DNA of 55,196 bases, filler included, from Blastocystis sp. subtype 4 (lineage: Eukaryota), in NCBI RefSeq assembly GCF_000743755.1. It is 2 parts of 2 records of this genome, joined end to end, with 100 filler letters (N's around TTAATTAATTAA, not from the genome) between each part and the next. Parts side by side here need not be neighbours in the genome. Positions count along the whole stretch, not along the records: positions 27,324 to 55,196 come from NW_014569402.1; 1 more part is not named here. One strand, written 5' to 3'. Position 1 is the first letter of the stretch. Every line of letters starts with the position of its first letter. This document shows, piece after piece, positions 39,711-51,600 of the stretch. The position numbers were made by a program, and so were the translations under genes. Under the pieces are notes generated by a model that was not told where the DNA came from, ran no database searches, and worked only from the letters and a program-made list of their open reading frames with translations.

Positions 39711-39957
39711 TGTTGTTAAATACCTTGCAATGCCTGCTTTCAAAATAATACTCCCTTTGGTGAGCAGTAAAGAAGCAATTGGCATAAACTTGGACCCAAT
39801 GGCGAGAGGAGAAAATGCGTTAAATTTAGTAATTCCAAATCCAAGTGATTATCTGACTCCAAATCTAGAACTGATTTTGGATGCGAGATTGGGTTCATTG
39901 TCGCATTCTTCGGAAACAAGCCGAATAACCGAAGATGCCGAATCCGGCTTAGAAACC

Positions 39958-40806
39958 ATGTCCATGAAACGAATTCTTCATGTTGTCAAGCAACAAGTGA
40001 CTCCTGTGCGTGACAGTATTAAGTGAGAGAGAGTTGAGTGATTTATAGACATGCTTTGGTGGAAGCAGTTCCCCAAAGAGAGTCGTATTCTGTTTGAGTT
40101 TAAAGAACCAAAAGATATTGAAAGTTTCACAGTTCACTCAGATAAACCATTCGGAGGTACAGATTGGCAGATAGACTCATGTTAAGGTCGTTCTGAATGT
40201 TCACTAAGCATAGTTGAAGACGAGAATCAGAATAAGTTTGGTAGTTCTCAAAGATTGGATTCATGAACAGGTCGTTTCTCTGGAAGTATTAAGTTGACAC
40301 CTGGAATTCCTGGAACTGTGTTGGGTAAGAAATCATTTTGCGCCTTCCGGTCTCCTGTCTTTAAACCTCCACTGAATCTTGCCGACTATATGGGTCTGGA
40401 AATGCGTGTACGGACAAGTAGCCATGGCTTTATATTCAACATTCATCCTGACAATATGGTTCCAAGTGATCTTTTTCAGGGATTCATCGTCATTCCTCAT
40501 CGGGACTGGGCGACAATTCAATTGCCATTTGAAAATATGGCCTATACAGGATATGGATATGGTAAATTTGACAAGAAACAATTGGATCCGAAAAGTATTC
40601 TGAGTGTTCGTATGATTACGTCCAGTGATGTGTAGTTTAACGTAGCTATTCATGAAACGAAGGATACAGATTTCTGTTTTGATATTGAATACATCAAGGG
40701 CATCACCTCCCTGGATCCAGATGGCAAGCGACCCGAAATGAAGAAAGGAAGAGAGAAACTCCTTTTGAAAAATGTTGATATGGATCAACATGCTCCTCCT
40801 TCCTAG
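39958..40806 (+). CDS. NDUFAF1: Complex I intermediate-associated protein 30 (CIA30/NDUFAF1)
   Basis: LFEF...SDKPFGG|RS, GRFSGSI, FCAFRS, LEMRVR, WATIQLPF...TGYG, FCFDIEYIK. Confidence 0.85.
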
Positions 40807-40856
40807 TCCTTTTCACATGTTCGTTTCATAAATCACAAACAACAGTCTATCATACA

Positions 40857-41363
40857 TTAATTAGAACAAAGAAGGGCCTTAGCAAGCTCTTCATACTTGA
40901 TCACATCACCAAATCCTAACGAACGCATTAAACTATCAATCTCCTCTTCTGGAATTACTTCGCCCAAATGAGACAGAATCTGCCGGAGATCGGCAGCAAG
41001 CACAGTTCCGTCTTGATTCTTGTCGAACATCTTAAATACCTGGATGATACTTTCATATTCATCTATTTGTAAATGAAGAAGACGGCAGAAACCTGTTTGC
41101 GATTTCTTCATCGAAATTGCGATATTAATCACATCTTGCATACTCAGAGCAGAGATATTTGCTGACATCCCACTAATCACTGAATTATAATCCTCATCCA
41201 GTCCAGGAATTCCCAATGCTCGTACGATGAGAATTGCATCATTCTTTGAAATGGTTCCACTGTTGGTGGTGTCTAAAACAGCGAAGTATTGTTTCAGCTT
41301 TTCAATCTACATATCACAGCACGAAAACTGCGATACATCCGTTGCAGAAAGCAGAGAATCCAT
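40857..41363 (-). CDS. Calmodulin / myosin light chain-like EF-hand protein
   Basis: FAVLDTTNSGTIS...VRALG; VFKMFDKNQDGTV..DLRQILSHLGE...EEID; IKYEE. Confidence 0.8.
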
Positions 41364-41488
41364 CTTTCTGTCAAAAGCGAAACAATCCAAAAAACGGTCT
41401 GATTCTCAGTGCGGTCATTTTCGATGATTTTTGTCTTTTTCCATTCGAACGAATAGGGGATCATTTTCGCATTCTGTATTTTCCAGCA

Positions 41489-43247
41489 ATGAGAAGATCC
41501 TATTTTGTACTTGTGGGATTGATTCTGGTCATTTCTCCAGCTGTAGAATTGACAAAGGAGTGCACTTGTTTGTGATTCATTGTTATTGATGTAGTGGATT
41601 GAATTTACTAACGAAAGAAAATATGGATTTTGTTCTTGATCAGAACAATACAGTTCTCGCAATCTGGAATAGTGCCAATTGTATGGATTGTGGAAATGAC
41701 ATGTGGGATGTGTATCATACAATATATTCTTTTTTGGATGAACCAACTGTAACTGTCATGAGAAGAGTTTATCTCTAGTTTTTTGTGTTGGCGACATCCA
41801 TTGGAATGAATGAAGATTTGGATAAAGAATATAACATTGATCCCAATGAAGGGGGTTCTTTGTATCGACTCTTTATTAAGGGTTCGCACACGCCAGTGTG
41901 TAAGGAGGAGATGGATGAAAGTGGTACAATGACTCTAGTAAGGATTATTGGAGTTTTTTTATCTAAGAACACCTGGATCGCTCATGTTACTCATTTTGTT
42001 CCTCAACCTGATTGTGTGACGAGTTTAACAACTGAGACATATAATTCATTCTTTAAGAAGAATCCGAAGCGAAGTGCTATGATTATGTATTATATTCCTT
42101 CTTTCAAAAGTTCCCAGATGACAGTTGTACAGTTTTATCGAGCTGCTTTGGCATTCAAAGTAGGCAATCGGTGTGCTATGTAATGAAGATTGAAGCGGAT
42201 GTTGCATTTGCTAAGCTTGATTGCAGTCTGAGTTCCGATTTATGCAGAGCTAAAGGTGTGACGAACATTCCATCGTTCCTTTTCTACCCTGGCGATGGTG
42301 TTGAATTTGATGGAAAACAAATAGAGACAAATCGTGGAGAAGGAATTGTATTGTATTTGAATGAGATTCTTGGTAGGTATGTGAGAGTAGAATGAAAGAA
42401 AGGCACCAACGTGTCACCTCAGGGAGGTTTTGATGAGCAGTATGAACGTCATCCCGAACTGGATCGTTTGGCACATCTGTTTATGATCAATGTAGTTGCT
42501 GTGGAAATTGTGATAGATAGAAAAATGAAGATCAGAGAAAGCGATTCATGAAGGAAACAGCCAAATTGCGAAAACGATATCGATCTACTGCCAAGTACTA
42601 TAAGATCATGAAGGAGGTAAAACTTCACTCATCTATTGAGGTCTAGATTATGAACGAAGGATCAGCAGCCATCATGAAAGAGCTGCGGTCCGTGAGGGAT
42701 GGATTGAAGAAAGTGGAGTTCACCGATGATGCATATCCAAGTCTCAAAGCACGAGAGAACATTATTCATCAATTCGAAGCCATTCAGACAAAACGCGAAT
42801 TGGTTGTTATGTTGCGTGAGTCTAATTGGATAGGTACATTTGAATCCTTGGAACTTTGACTATGTCGTCAATGGAATGGATACTGTTGTGGTTATCTTTC
42901 ATACTCCTTGGTGTGATATTTGCACTGATTTGGTGAAAGAAATGGTTTAATCATTTGTTCTAACTTATCTACAGGGAGAGGTCGTCAAGTATCGAACGGA
43001 TGACGTTGTATTTGCTACAATGGATGCTCAGTTGTACGTAGACTTTTGTGTAGGAACTTGAGACGAGTTAAATCTAGGCTCCCTTCCATCTTGATCATTT
43101 CCCTTCGATTAAGTTGTTTAAGGCTGGAAAAAGTGTCAGAGTAGTTGTAAGGTGGTTATGTGATTGTAGGACCCGATTGAAATCCCTGGTTCCTCCAGAG
43201 GTGATATTGAGAAGTATTTGCGGGAGCATGAAGAAGAAGAATTGTAA
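41489..43247 (+). CDS. ER protein disulfide isomerase-like protein (thioredoxin domains + ERp29-C-like helical domain)
   Basis: Signal peptide MRRSYFVLVGLILVISPA; CMDC and TPWCDIC; FAKLDC...GVTNIPSFLFY; YYKIMKE|IMNEG...ARENIIHQF; C-terminal EEEL-TAA. Confidence 0.8.
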
Positions 43248-43276
43248 TAGACTTGTTAACAAACACTTGAGACAAG

Positions 43277-43947
43277 TTAGGGTACAGGATTCAAGAATTC
43301 TTTTTCCATATCAGCGATCATGGAATCAAGACGAGCTTTATTTGTATTCAACACTGGACGAAGATTTCCTTCTCCTACCAGTGGAATCACACCTACCTCT
43401 TATGGGAACAATCAGTACTTACTACTGAAAGGCATATCGACAACTTTCTTAATAATATCTCCTTCATCTTCCACTTTCGTAAGTTCCACACGATTACCAG
43501 TAAAAGGACTCAGGGAAACATATTGTCGCATCTCTGAATAACTCTTGGTCAATGACTGAATACAGTTATACTACACATCACCTCTAACTCACGAAACAAT
43601 ACAAGACGATACTTTAACAGTGTGTATAAATCTGGACATTGATAAATCACACCTCCAATCAAGTAGTAAACAGCAACTGGATCTGTTTGCATCTTTTCCC
43701 GTTCTCGTTTATGATCCCAATACTTTGTAATGACGAAAAAGGACTTTTCGTGGTCCACTTCGCTGACTTCGATGTGAATCCCCTCACCATCTTGAAAGAA
43801 AGGAGAGGACCGAAAATACTCTTCCACAGTATCTATATTTAGTCCCTGTGTGATAAAAGTCTCGTCGACAAAGGAGGTGGCATAGTTGTCATTATGAACC
43901 AACGAGGAGTCATCCTCAACATCGTCATACATGGATCCATACTCCAT
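43277..43947 (-). CDS. MED6: Mediator subunit 6
   Basis: LNIDTVEEYFRSSPFF, FFVITK, PVAVYYLIGGVIYQCPDLYTLLKYRL. Confidence 0.85.
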
Positions 43948-44093
43948 ATCTCAATTCACTCACACCAATAATCCACGATGATGGACAAAAACTAGGGCAT
44001 TTCATCGTGGAAATGGGTATGCCACATTTATAAAAGTCCCGCAACTGCCGCGTAATAGTGTTCTTATCGAGTGCTTCACAATTCTGTATTAGT

Positions 44094-45055
44094 ATGTTAC
44101 TGAAAGGAGCAGAAATTAATTTAACGACGATCCTAGTATATTCGGCTATCTTGTTCGGTGTCCAACTCCTTTGTCACTACATCCCGAAAGTCTGCAAGAT
44201 GGGTGATAAGGGAGAGCGCTGGATGCTGATCGTCTTCTTTGGATTGTGTCTAGGTGTCGCTTTTAATATGGTAATTCCTGGAAGTCTTCATATTGTCACC
44301 GATGCTTGGGAATCATATGAGAATTCTACTGAGATTGAGGAGCTTAATCGAATGTATCATTTAATTCGCCGTCTAGATGATGATGACGACGATGATGACG
44401 ATGATGGCTTCCGAAGAATAATTGGTGTTGCTATCTGCGTTGGATTTATGGTCCTCTTCCTTGCAGACTATATTTCCAAGGAAGTTACAAAGAAACAGAG
44501 AGTAAACGAGGTCTCACTCCCTCTTGTGGATGGAGCCCAACCAAAGTTGCCTCTGTACACCAATGGAGCCTTGGAGAATCTGTATGTGACATATTACATC
44601 CTTTCGGCTGTCGGTTGCATGTCTGCCTATCTCGTGTGCGACAATGAGCATCAACGTACTTTTATCTTGATTGCTCAATTTATTTGCATGCTTCCTTCGA
44701 CTTGTCTATTCGGACGTCAGATGATCCGTCAAAATGTGTCTACAGGAAAGTGTAAGTATTTGATTCTTCCTGATATCTAGACTTTGGCGTTTCTCTGGCT
44801 CTGTCCCTGATTACACCTGTGTTGAACGTTGCCGTATTGCTTCTTCTGAATCTCTTCGAGGGACCATTCCTCTATTACCTCTACTCGCTTGGATATCCCA
44901 TGTTCTGTGGATTGATTCTGTATTTCTGCTTGATGTACTTCATCTCACTTGTCCACATCGAGGAGACGGTGACGTCATCCTTGGTTGCCTTTGCGTTCAT
45001 GATTATTCCTTACTTTATCTTCATGAGGCATACTCTTTACAGTTGTTTCTTTTAG
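44094..45055 (+). CDS. ZIP9/SLC39A9-like membrane protein, divergent
   Basis: GLCLGVAFNMVIPGSLH and IGVAICVGFMVLFLADYI resemble ZIP9 TM2/TM3; about 8 hydrophobic segments; poly-Asp loop. Confidence 0.65.
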
Positions 45056-46190
45056 CAAACAACCAAATCATCATCTTCATAGAACTGTTCCTCATTTAAC
45101 ATTTCTCGTTGTTGCCACTGAAGTGTTTCCTCAACTGTACTATTCACTAGAAACGATGGAACAGTTGAAGCCAATCGTCGTGGTTTACTGCTGATGATGG
45201 AATCTTCATCCACAATATTCACACGAATCTCTGTCCCTCGTGAGGCATAACTCGTATATCCATCACCTACCAATTACTCTATGATCCATCTCCTACCACG
45301 CGTACGACCGCCACCTCCTCCATTCCCAGCAATAGCCAATCGAATCTCTGGATCAATTCCCTATGTATCACTCGAATTTCCCAGTCTTACACTATAGCAC
45401 TGCTCCTTCAACTCTTTCTCGATCTCCTGCTGAGGATCTTGTTCATGAATCGTATAATTCTGAAGTCCTTCCAAATGACGCATGATGATCACTGTTTGTT
45501 TGTTAAGTTTATCTTGGAGATTCTGCGAAGTAACACCTTCGTCGACCTTCAATTCATCGAGGTCACGATGACAATAACTGCAGAAGTATTTATTCGTTTT
45601 ATCATTGAAGTTCATGGCAACTTCCGGAAGGGAATATTTCTTTTTGCAGGCTGGATTTCGACATTCCTAACCATGAGAAAGTGATAACTGAGAGTACAAA
45701 TCGTTCCAATTCATTGGAGCGATTGAAGTTCTCATTGAAGACTTGAATTTGATAGATACTGTGTAAACGATAAAGGACAACATTTCGCACATGGTCGTAG
45801 TCTACATAGAAGATGGAAACGCCAACAATGCTCTTTTATCATTAAACAAACTATCAACCTACAGCTGCTATTTTCTTATCATTTCCACGAACTCGGAGAT
45901 TAAACTGGAAGGATTTGACCAACGACCCATCACGAAGATTATATAACGCTCGGTGTGCCTATCTTTAAAGAGTCAACCGAATGAATACATATTTATGTCG
46001 AATCTTTAATATCTTCTCGTCCGAAATGTCATCATCTCGCAAATATTTATAGTGGACTAAGGCATTGGCTATAGCGAGCTCAATGTCAGAATAGAAAGCG
46101 CTAGATATCATCCCAGAATACACATGCATACGCCACGATATCAAGGAAGAATTCTTGTGCCTTATGTAGTACCTCATCATGGTTCTCCAT
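45052..46190 (-). CDS. GTF2E1: Transcription initiation factor IIE alpha subunit
   Basis: AFY..IELAIANAL...YLRDDDI winged-helix; DYDHVRNVVLYRLHSI; zinc ribbon CRNPAC.KKYS...YFCSYC; acidic C-terminus. Confidence 0.75.
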
Positions 46191-46320
46191 CCGATATTGA
46201 TGGAAGCCACAGAAATGGAGAAATCAGTTCTGAAAAAAGCGATTGAAAACGGGAATTTGGCATTTCTGACTCTATGTGATAAAGAGTATAAACGTATTGA
46301 ACCTTTCTTCCAATTGATCG

Positions 46321-47304
46321 ATGACTGAGAGTCTAAAAGAACAGCGAAAAGATTACCGTAATCTGCAGCTTGTTGAAAAGACGGGACAATACTTATCCGG
46401 TTGAATTCTATTTGTCGAGTAATCACTAGAAATATCATTATCAACAAATCAGTTGAAGATGATGTATGACAATCTTATTTCTTCGTGTGAACAACGTGGA
46501 GGTCATATTAGTCTCAGTGAAGTGATTCAGAGCATGGTTGATGATATCAAACTGATCTTGGAGAAAGAACAGATTGACTTCATTGCTTCTCATGGCATGA
46601 AGTGATTTTTATGAATCTGATTGATGGATAGAATGAATCTTAAGGGAAAAGACATAATCATTCGACCTGTTGCTCCTCGAGATAAGTCGCGTTTTATGAA
46701 GGGTATCCAACAACTTTCGGCTGATACTCTTTTCCTGCGTTTTTTGTCTCCGATTCGAGAACTCTCGAGTAGTCAGGTTGACTATCTCTTAAATGTGGAT
46801 TTTGACGACCATTATGCCTTTGCAGCTGTCGTTGACGAGCCTTCGTATCCTGGAATGGCTATCACAAGGTATATTCGTAGTTTCGAGAATCCTACAGAAG
46901 CTGAATGGGCCGTTACTGTGGTTGATCAATATCAAGGACTTGGTTTAGGACGTATACTGTTGTATCTTATGAATCTCGTAGAAGTGTTAGGAGGTTTTGA
47001 TGTAGATTGCTTACGAGCATGGAATTCGGTCGTTTAGTGCGACGATTCATCCGACAAATCGCCGTATCCTCGCTTGGATGGAAGAACTGAAGGCTACTTC
47101 GGTTCAAACAGAAGATGGGTAGGAAATAAGATCTAAATTGATAATAGAATTGTTTGGAAGTTCCCTCTACCAATGCCAGAGAGTTTTATGAGGAATGAGG
47201 AAATCCGAAAGAAACTAATAAAGATTGCTAAGGGTGAAGGAGATATCCCATTGTTTGTGGCTGCAGACATGAATCGGGAAAGTCAAATTCTGTTGCTTCA
47301 CTGA
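46321..47304 (+). CDS. GNAT acetyltransferase (bacterial Pat/YfiQ GNAT-domain-like)
   Basis: IIIRPVAPRD...LSADTLFLRFLSP.RELS...L.NVDFDDHYAF...RYIR...AEWAVTVVDQYQGLGLGRILL; several introns. Confidence 0.8.
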
Positions 47305-47482
47305 GGTGTAGATTATGAAAAGATGATGGCTATTTTGTAATATAGGTTTTATCTTTTTGTTTTCGATAATTGACAAAATCGGAACTTTTTATGGAGGAAA
47401 ATAGGATCATTCCATTCTCATATTATTCGTATTTCATTGGTTCTGGCTGATTCTCTTGATTCACGGATAGTACTGAGGAAGC

Positions 47483-48634
47483 ATGAAGTACATTTTGTTA
47501 TTTCTTCTCCTCTTTATCATGGGCGGAACAATAATCGTTAAGGCTCCGGAAAGGAGACAGTTCTCTCATATTAAGTTAGACATTGGTCACTCTTTAGTTT
47601 GTCGTAGGTTTCTCATGCATTGTTTGAGTTTGAAGGTTATAGTGGTATGGTTGTTCCTTTAAACGATACCTCCATCAGCAACTGGGATCCAGATCAAATT
47701 AGAGGAAAGGCTCTGTTTATTAGTCTTGCCTCTGTGATCTCTATGAATAGTACAGTTGAGTCAGTTCTATTCACTGTACTATTTGGGAGAATGAATTACT
47801 GTTAGTTACAGCAGTATAGTGCGAAGGGCTTACTGCTAGCTGTTCCCATTTTATCCGATAGGGAACTTCAATCTATTCATATTACTGTTAATGACACAGT
47901 TGTTGCTAACAAAGTTGAATTTCAAGCGAATCGTGACAACTAGATTACCATTTGGTGTGTTCTTGTGAATAGTGAATGTGGAGACTACATTCAATCCAAA
48001 GACAATGTGAATATTGTACTTAGCAATACAGGAGAACGTATGGATTAATGGTTCTTTCAAGAATAGTTCATACAAAACCCTTTATTGTTATTCGTATTTC
48101 TGTATTCATCTGTTTTGGCTTTATTCTCGTTGCCTACTTCTACATTCGCTATCACTACAGTAATAATCGAATCCGCAAGCGTGCTTTGGAAAAAGTCAAC
48201 AAACGAATAGCGCTTATTCCTTCAACTGTTTACAAAGAGTAGGCATTATCAAAGTACTTCATAGTAGATCAATGAATCTTCCTCCATGCAGCATCTGTCT
48301 CGAACAATATGTTAAAGGCGAGAAGATATCGATTCTGCCATGTCAACATGCTTTTCATTATGACTGCATCGTACCATGGCTGGGTGAACGTAATTCGTGT
48401 TGCCCAGTCTGTAAGAATTGTCCTTATCATGGAAAAGATGTTGTAAGGAGCGTCGAAATATAATGAGATTTAGGAGCTTGGACAAGTAACAACGTATAAA
48501 GTAATTGAAAGAGAAATGGGTAGGCATTGTTGATCTTGTTCACTTTAGCAACTCGAAAAGTGGTGTATGCTTCTTGCACCCAATTTTTCGTTGCCGTTGT
48601 AATCATATTTGTTATTTATGTTGTGATGTTATAA
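47483..48634 (+). CDS. PA-TM-RING-H2 E3 ubiquitin ligase (RNF13/RMR-like)
   Basis: Signal peptide [15 protein letters not shown]; luminal PA-like region; [10 protein letters not shown]...[16 protein letters not shown]....CCPVCK; two further exons give a hydrophobic C-terminus. Confidence 0.8.
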
Positions 48635-48651
48635 TCATTTGTTTGTTGAAG

Positions 48652-51600
48652 ATGTCGAGACAAGAGGGTCTTGTCTTTTCAAAGTGTGTCCACAATGGCT
48701 GTGAGTGCAAACGGCTGTTTTTGAGATCAAAATTGGATAAACCTCAAGAATATGTTTGCATTAAGCATCGAAGATTGTAAGTGACTTATTGTTGCTTATG
48801 AAATGTAGACATCGTTCGGTGCCAACTTTTGAGAGTTCCGTTATTAAAGCTGGCCAATTGTTGAAGAAAGGGTCTCGATCTACGAATTTATCGAAACGAT
48901 GCATTGTTCTTCTTCAAGATCGGATTGTTATTTATGGAAACGTTGGAGATTCGTATGCCATTGTTGCGATTATTGTATTTCCTCATTTCATAGGGTTGTA
49001 TCAATTTAGCAGAATGTGAAATTTATCAGGATGAGGAGATTAAGCGACGATTTACTGTCTACTCGCATCTTGAGGACCGATCGTTTTTGTTTGAATCGGT
49101 TCTGGATCTGGATTTTGCTGAATGGTTTTATGCGATCAGCAACAACATCGAAGTGAGACTTGAGGAGTTTGTTCATTGTAGCGACTTGGAAACGGTGGAA
49201 ATGATTTCCGAAGTTGGGATGAAGATGACTACGTTACTCCAGGAATTGGAATCACAAGAGAAACAAAGAGAGTGAGTATGTTTCATTCTTCTTAGTTTTA
49301 GCCCAGTGATTTGGATAAGCACCATCATCTAGTAATTAAGGAACTTCAAAAGAAAGTAATTCAACGTTGTATGACGCGAGTCAAGGGAGATGATCAAGAA
49401 ACACTTGTTGGTGCTCTGAGTCTTTCTAATTCATAGTCTCTGAACATCTGGACGGGAACTTGGAATATGGGAGAATGTGATCCTCCATACAATCTTGAAG
49501 AATGGGTTCCAAATTCATTTGATATTATTGCAATAGGTGTTCAAGAATGCATGAGTAGATACTGAAATCATTCATTACTCTAGAACTCCCTGAATTGGAA
49601 ATGCGAGCGTGTGGTGTGATTGGAAGCGATTTTATGTACTATACAGAGAAAATAGGAAGTGTACGAAAAGAAGTGGGCTTTCATGGTTTCATTGCGATGG
49701 TAGTAGGAATGTTGTTCTATCTTCATTCAAGGTGTTTATTCGAATTGATCTAATTCAATGTGGACTCATTCCAACAGCTTCTCTATCTACCAAAACTATT
49801 GCTCTTGGAAAGAATCTGGTAGTAACAAGAGCAAGCAATAAAGGAGGAGTTCGAGTACGTTGTCCTCTGGATCTTGATGTATTGGGTCTGGGAGAAAGAA
49901 CTTCGATTGATTTCTTATGCTGTCATTTGGCAGCAGATCAACAAGGAGAGAGTCAACTAGAGAAACGAAATCAAAATGCATTGTAAGGATTAGAATGTAC
50001 ATCGAACAATAGTGAATTGGTTCAAGCCCTTGTATATGATGGAGAATCTACTGGATATGTGTTCATCATGGGTGATTTTAATTATCGTCTTACTATGTCT
50101 CCTGATTCATGTATTGAAATGATTCGAGATGGGTTTGGGAATCAGAAGAATGATGCAATTTGTTCTCTTTACGATAATGATCAACTTATCTCTTGTTTAT
50201 CAACAGCTGCATCATTTCCTGGTTTTCAAGAACTTACTCTTCCTTCATTTCCTCCTACCTATAAGAAGAGAGTGAGGAATGAATGAATGAATGAGGAATA
50301 GAAACAGCTTTCAACATTACCTGATTATTCTTCACCTGCTTCTGTGTATGATAAGAATCGAACTCCTTCGTATGTGATATGATGGAATTATCAATAGATA
50401 TACGGATCGTATTGTATTTCAGTCATTTGATTCACAGCATTTAGTTCGAGTATTCGTTTATGCGTAAATTCTTTGAGTAAATGATGATTCTAGTTATGAT
50501 ACAATCGAATCGATTCGTGATAGTGACCATACTCCTGTCTATGGAGCTGTGTCACTTCGAATTGGACCAAATGCTGAACATGGACCTACTAAAACCCAGC
50601 TCATTCCATCTCCATCACAAGGAAGAATTCAATCCATTCTCTCTTCCTCCATATTCTTTCGTTATTTCATTCCATCATCAGGAACACTGGAACCAATGGA
50701 TGAAACCACATTGGCTTCTCTTCTTCCTTATCTCTCTTTTTCATTTATTCATCCCAACACTGTTATTACTCAACCTACCAATTCTCATGAAGTATCCTTG
50801 TTAATCCTAATTCGCGGAGAAGTCCAGCTATTGACGGAAAAGTATGAATTGAAGACTGTACATGAAGGAGAATGGTTTGGAGGAGAAGGATTATTAGATT
50901 GTGAGTGTGGATACACAAGTGTTAGCACTAAGGAATGTGTATGTGCTTGTGTGAGCGAAAACAGTAGAATTGGAGAAGATTGCTGATTGGTAGCGATATC
51001 GCAATTGATCCGAGAAGGAAAGAGTTCACTTGCTGTATCATTGAAACGTCTTGTATTAGGACAAGTAGTCAGTGATTTGTGATCCAACAAATAGTCACTT
51101 CAAGCTCTTCAATCCATGTTACAAGGATTACTGAGTGAGTATGATCATGATATTGTAAAATTTAAGGGATTGAATGATATCTAGTTGAATCTTCTTCGTC
51201 ATCAAATGACTACTGTTTGTAAGAGGAAAGGCAAGGTATTGGCTCATGAAGGAGAATCTGTAAGAGCTGTGTTTTATGTTATTGCGGGTGGTTTGATTGT
51301 AACAGCTCGTGATCCAGGTATATTCAGTTCCATGTGTGTAGTATAGATGGAGAGGATGTGATTGTGGCTCGATTGGGTCCTGATACTGTCTGTGGAACAG
51401 AGACACTTCTTCAAGGTCGATATATCAAATGATATGAAGTGTAGGTGGAAAGAGTCTATTCACGATCACAACTGAATATGATTCATTACTCACTATACTC
51501 AATGCAGAAGCATATGAAGAGTATTTGAGAGTACATATTACTCTCATTAGATGATAGTATAGTTGGATCCATCACAATCTGAAGGGCCACGTCAGTATGA

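Noticed and set aside
45493..45504. TGTTTGTTTGTT on the plus strand
   Set aside because: Antisense within the TFIIE-alpha coding region (LNKQT codons); no plus-strand gene ends there
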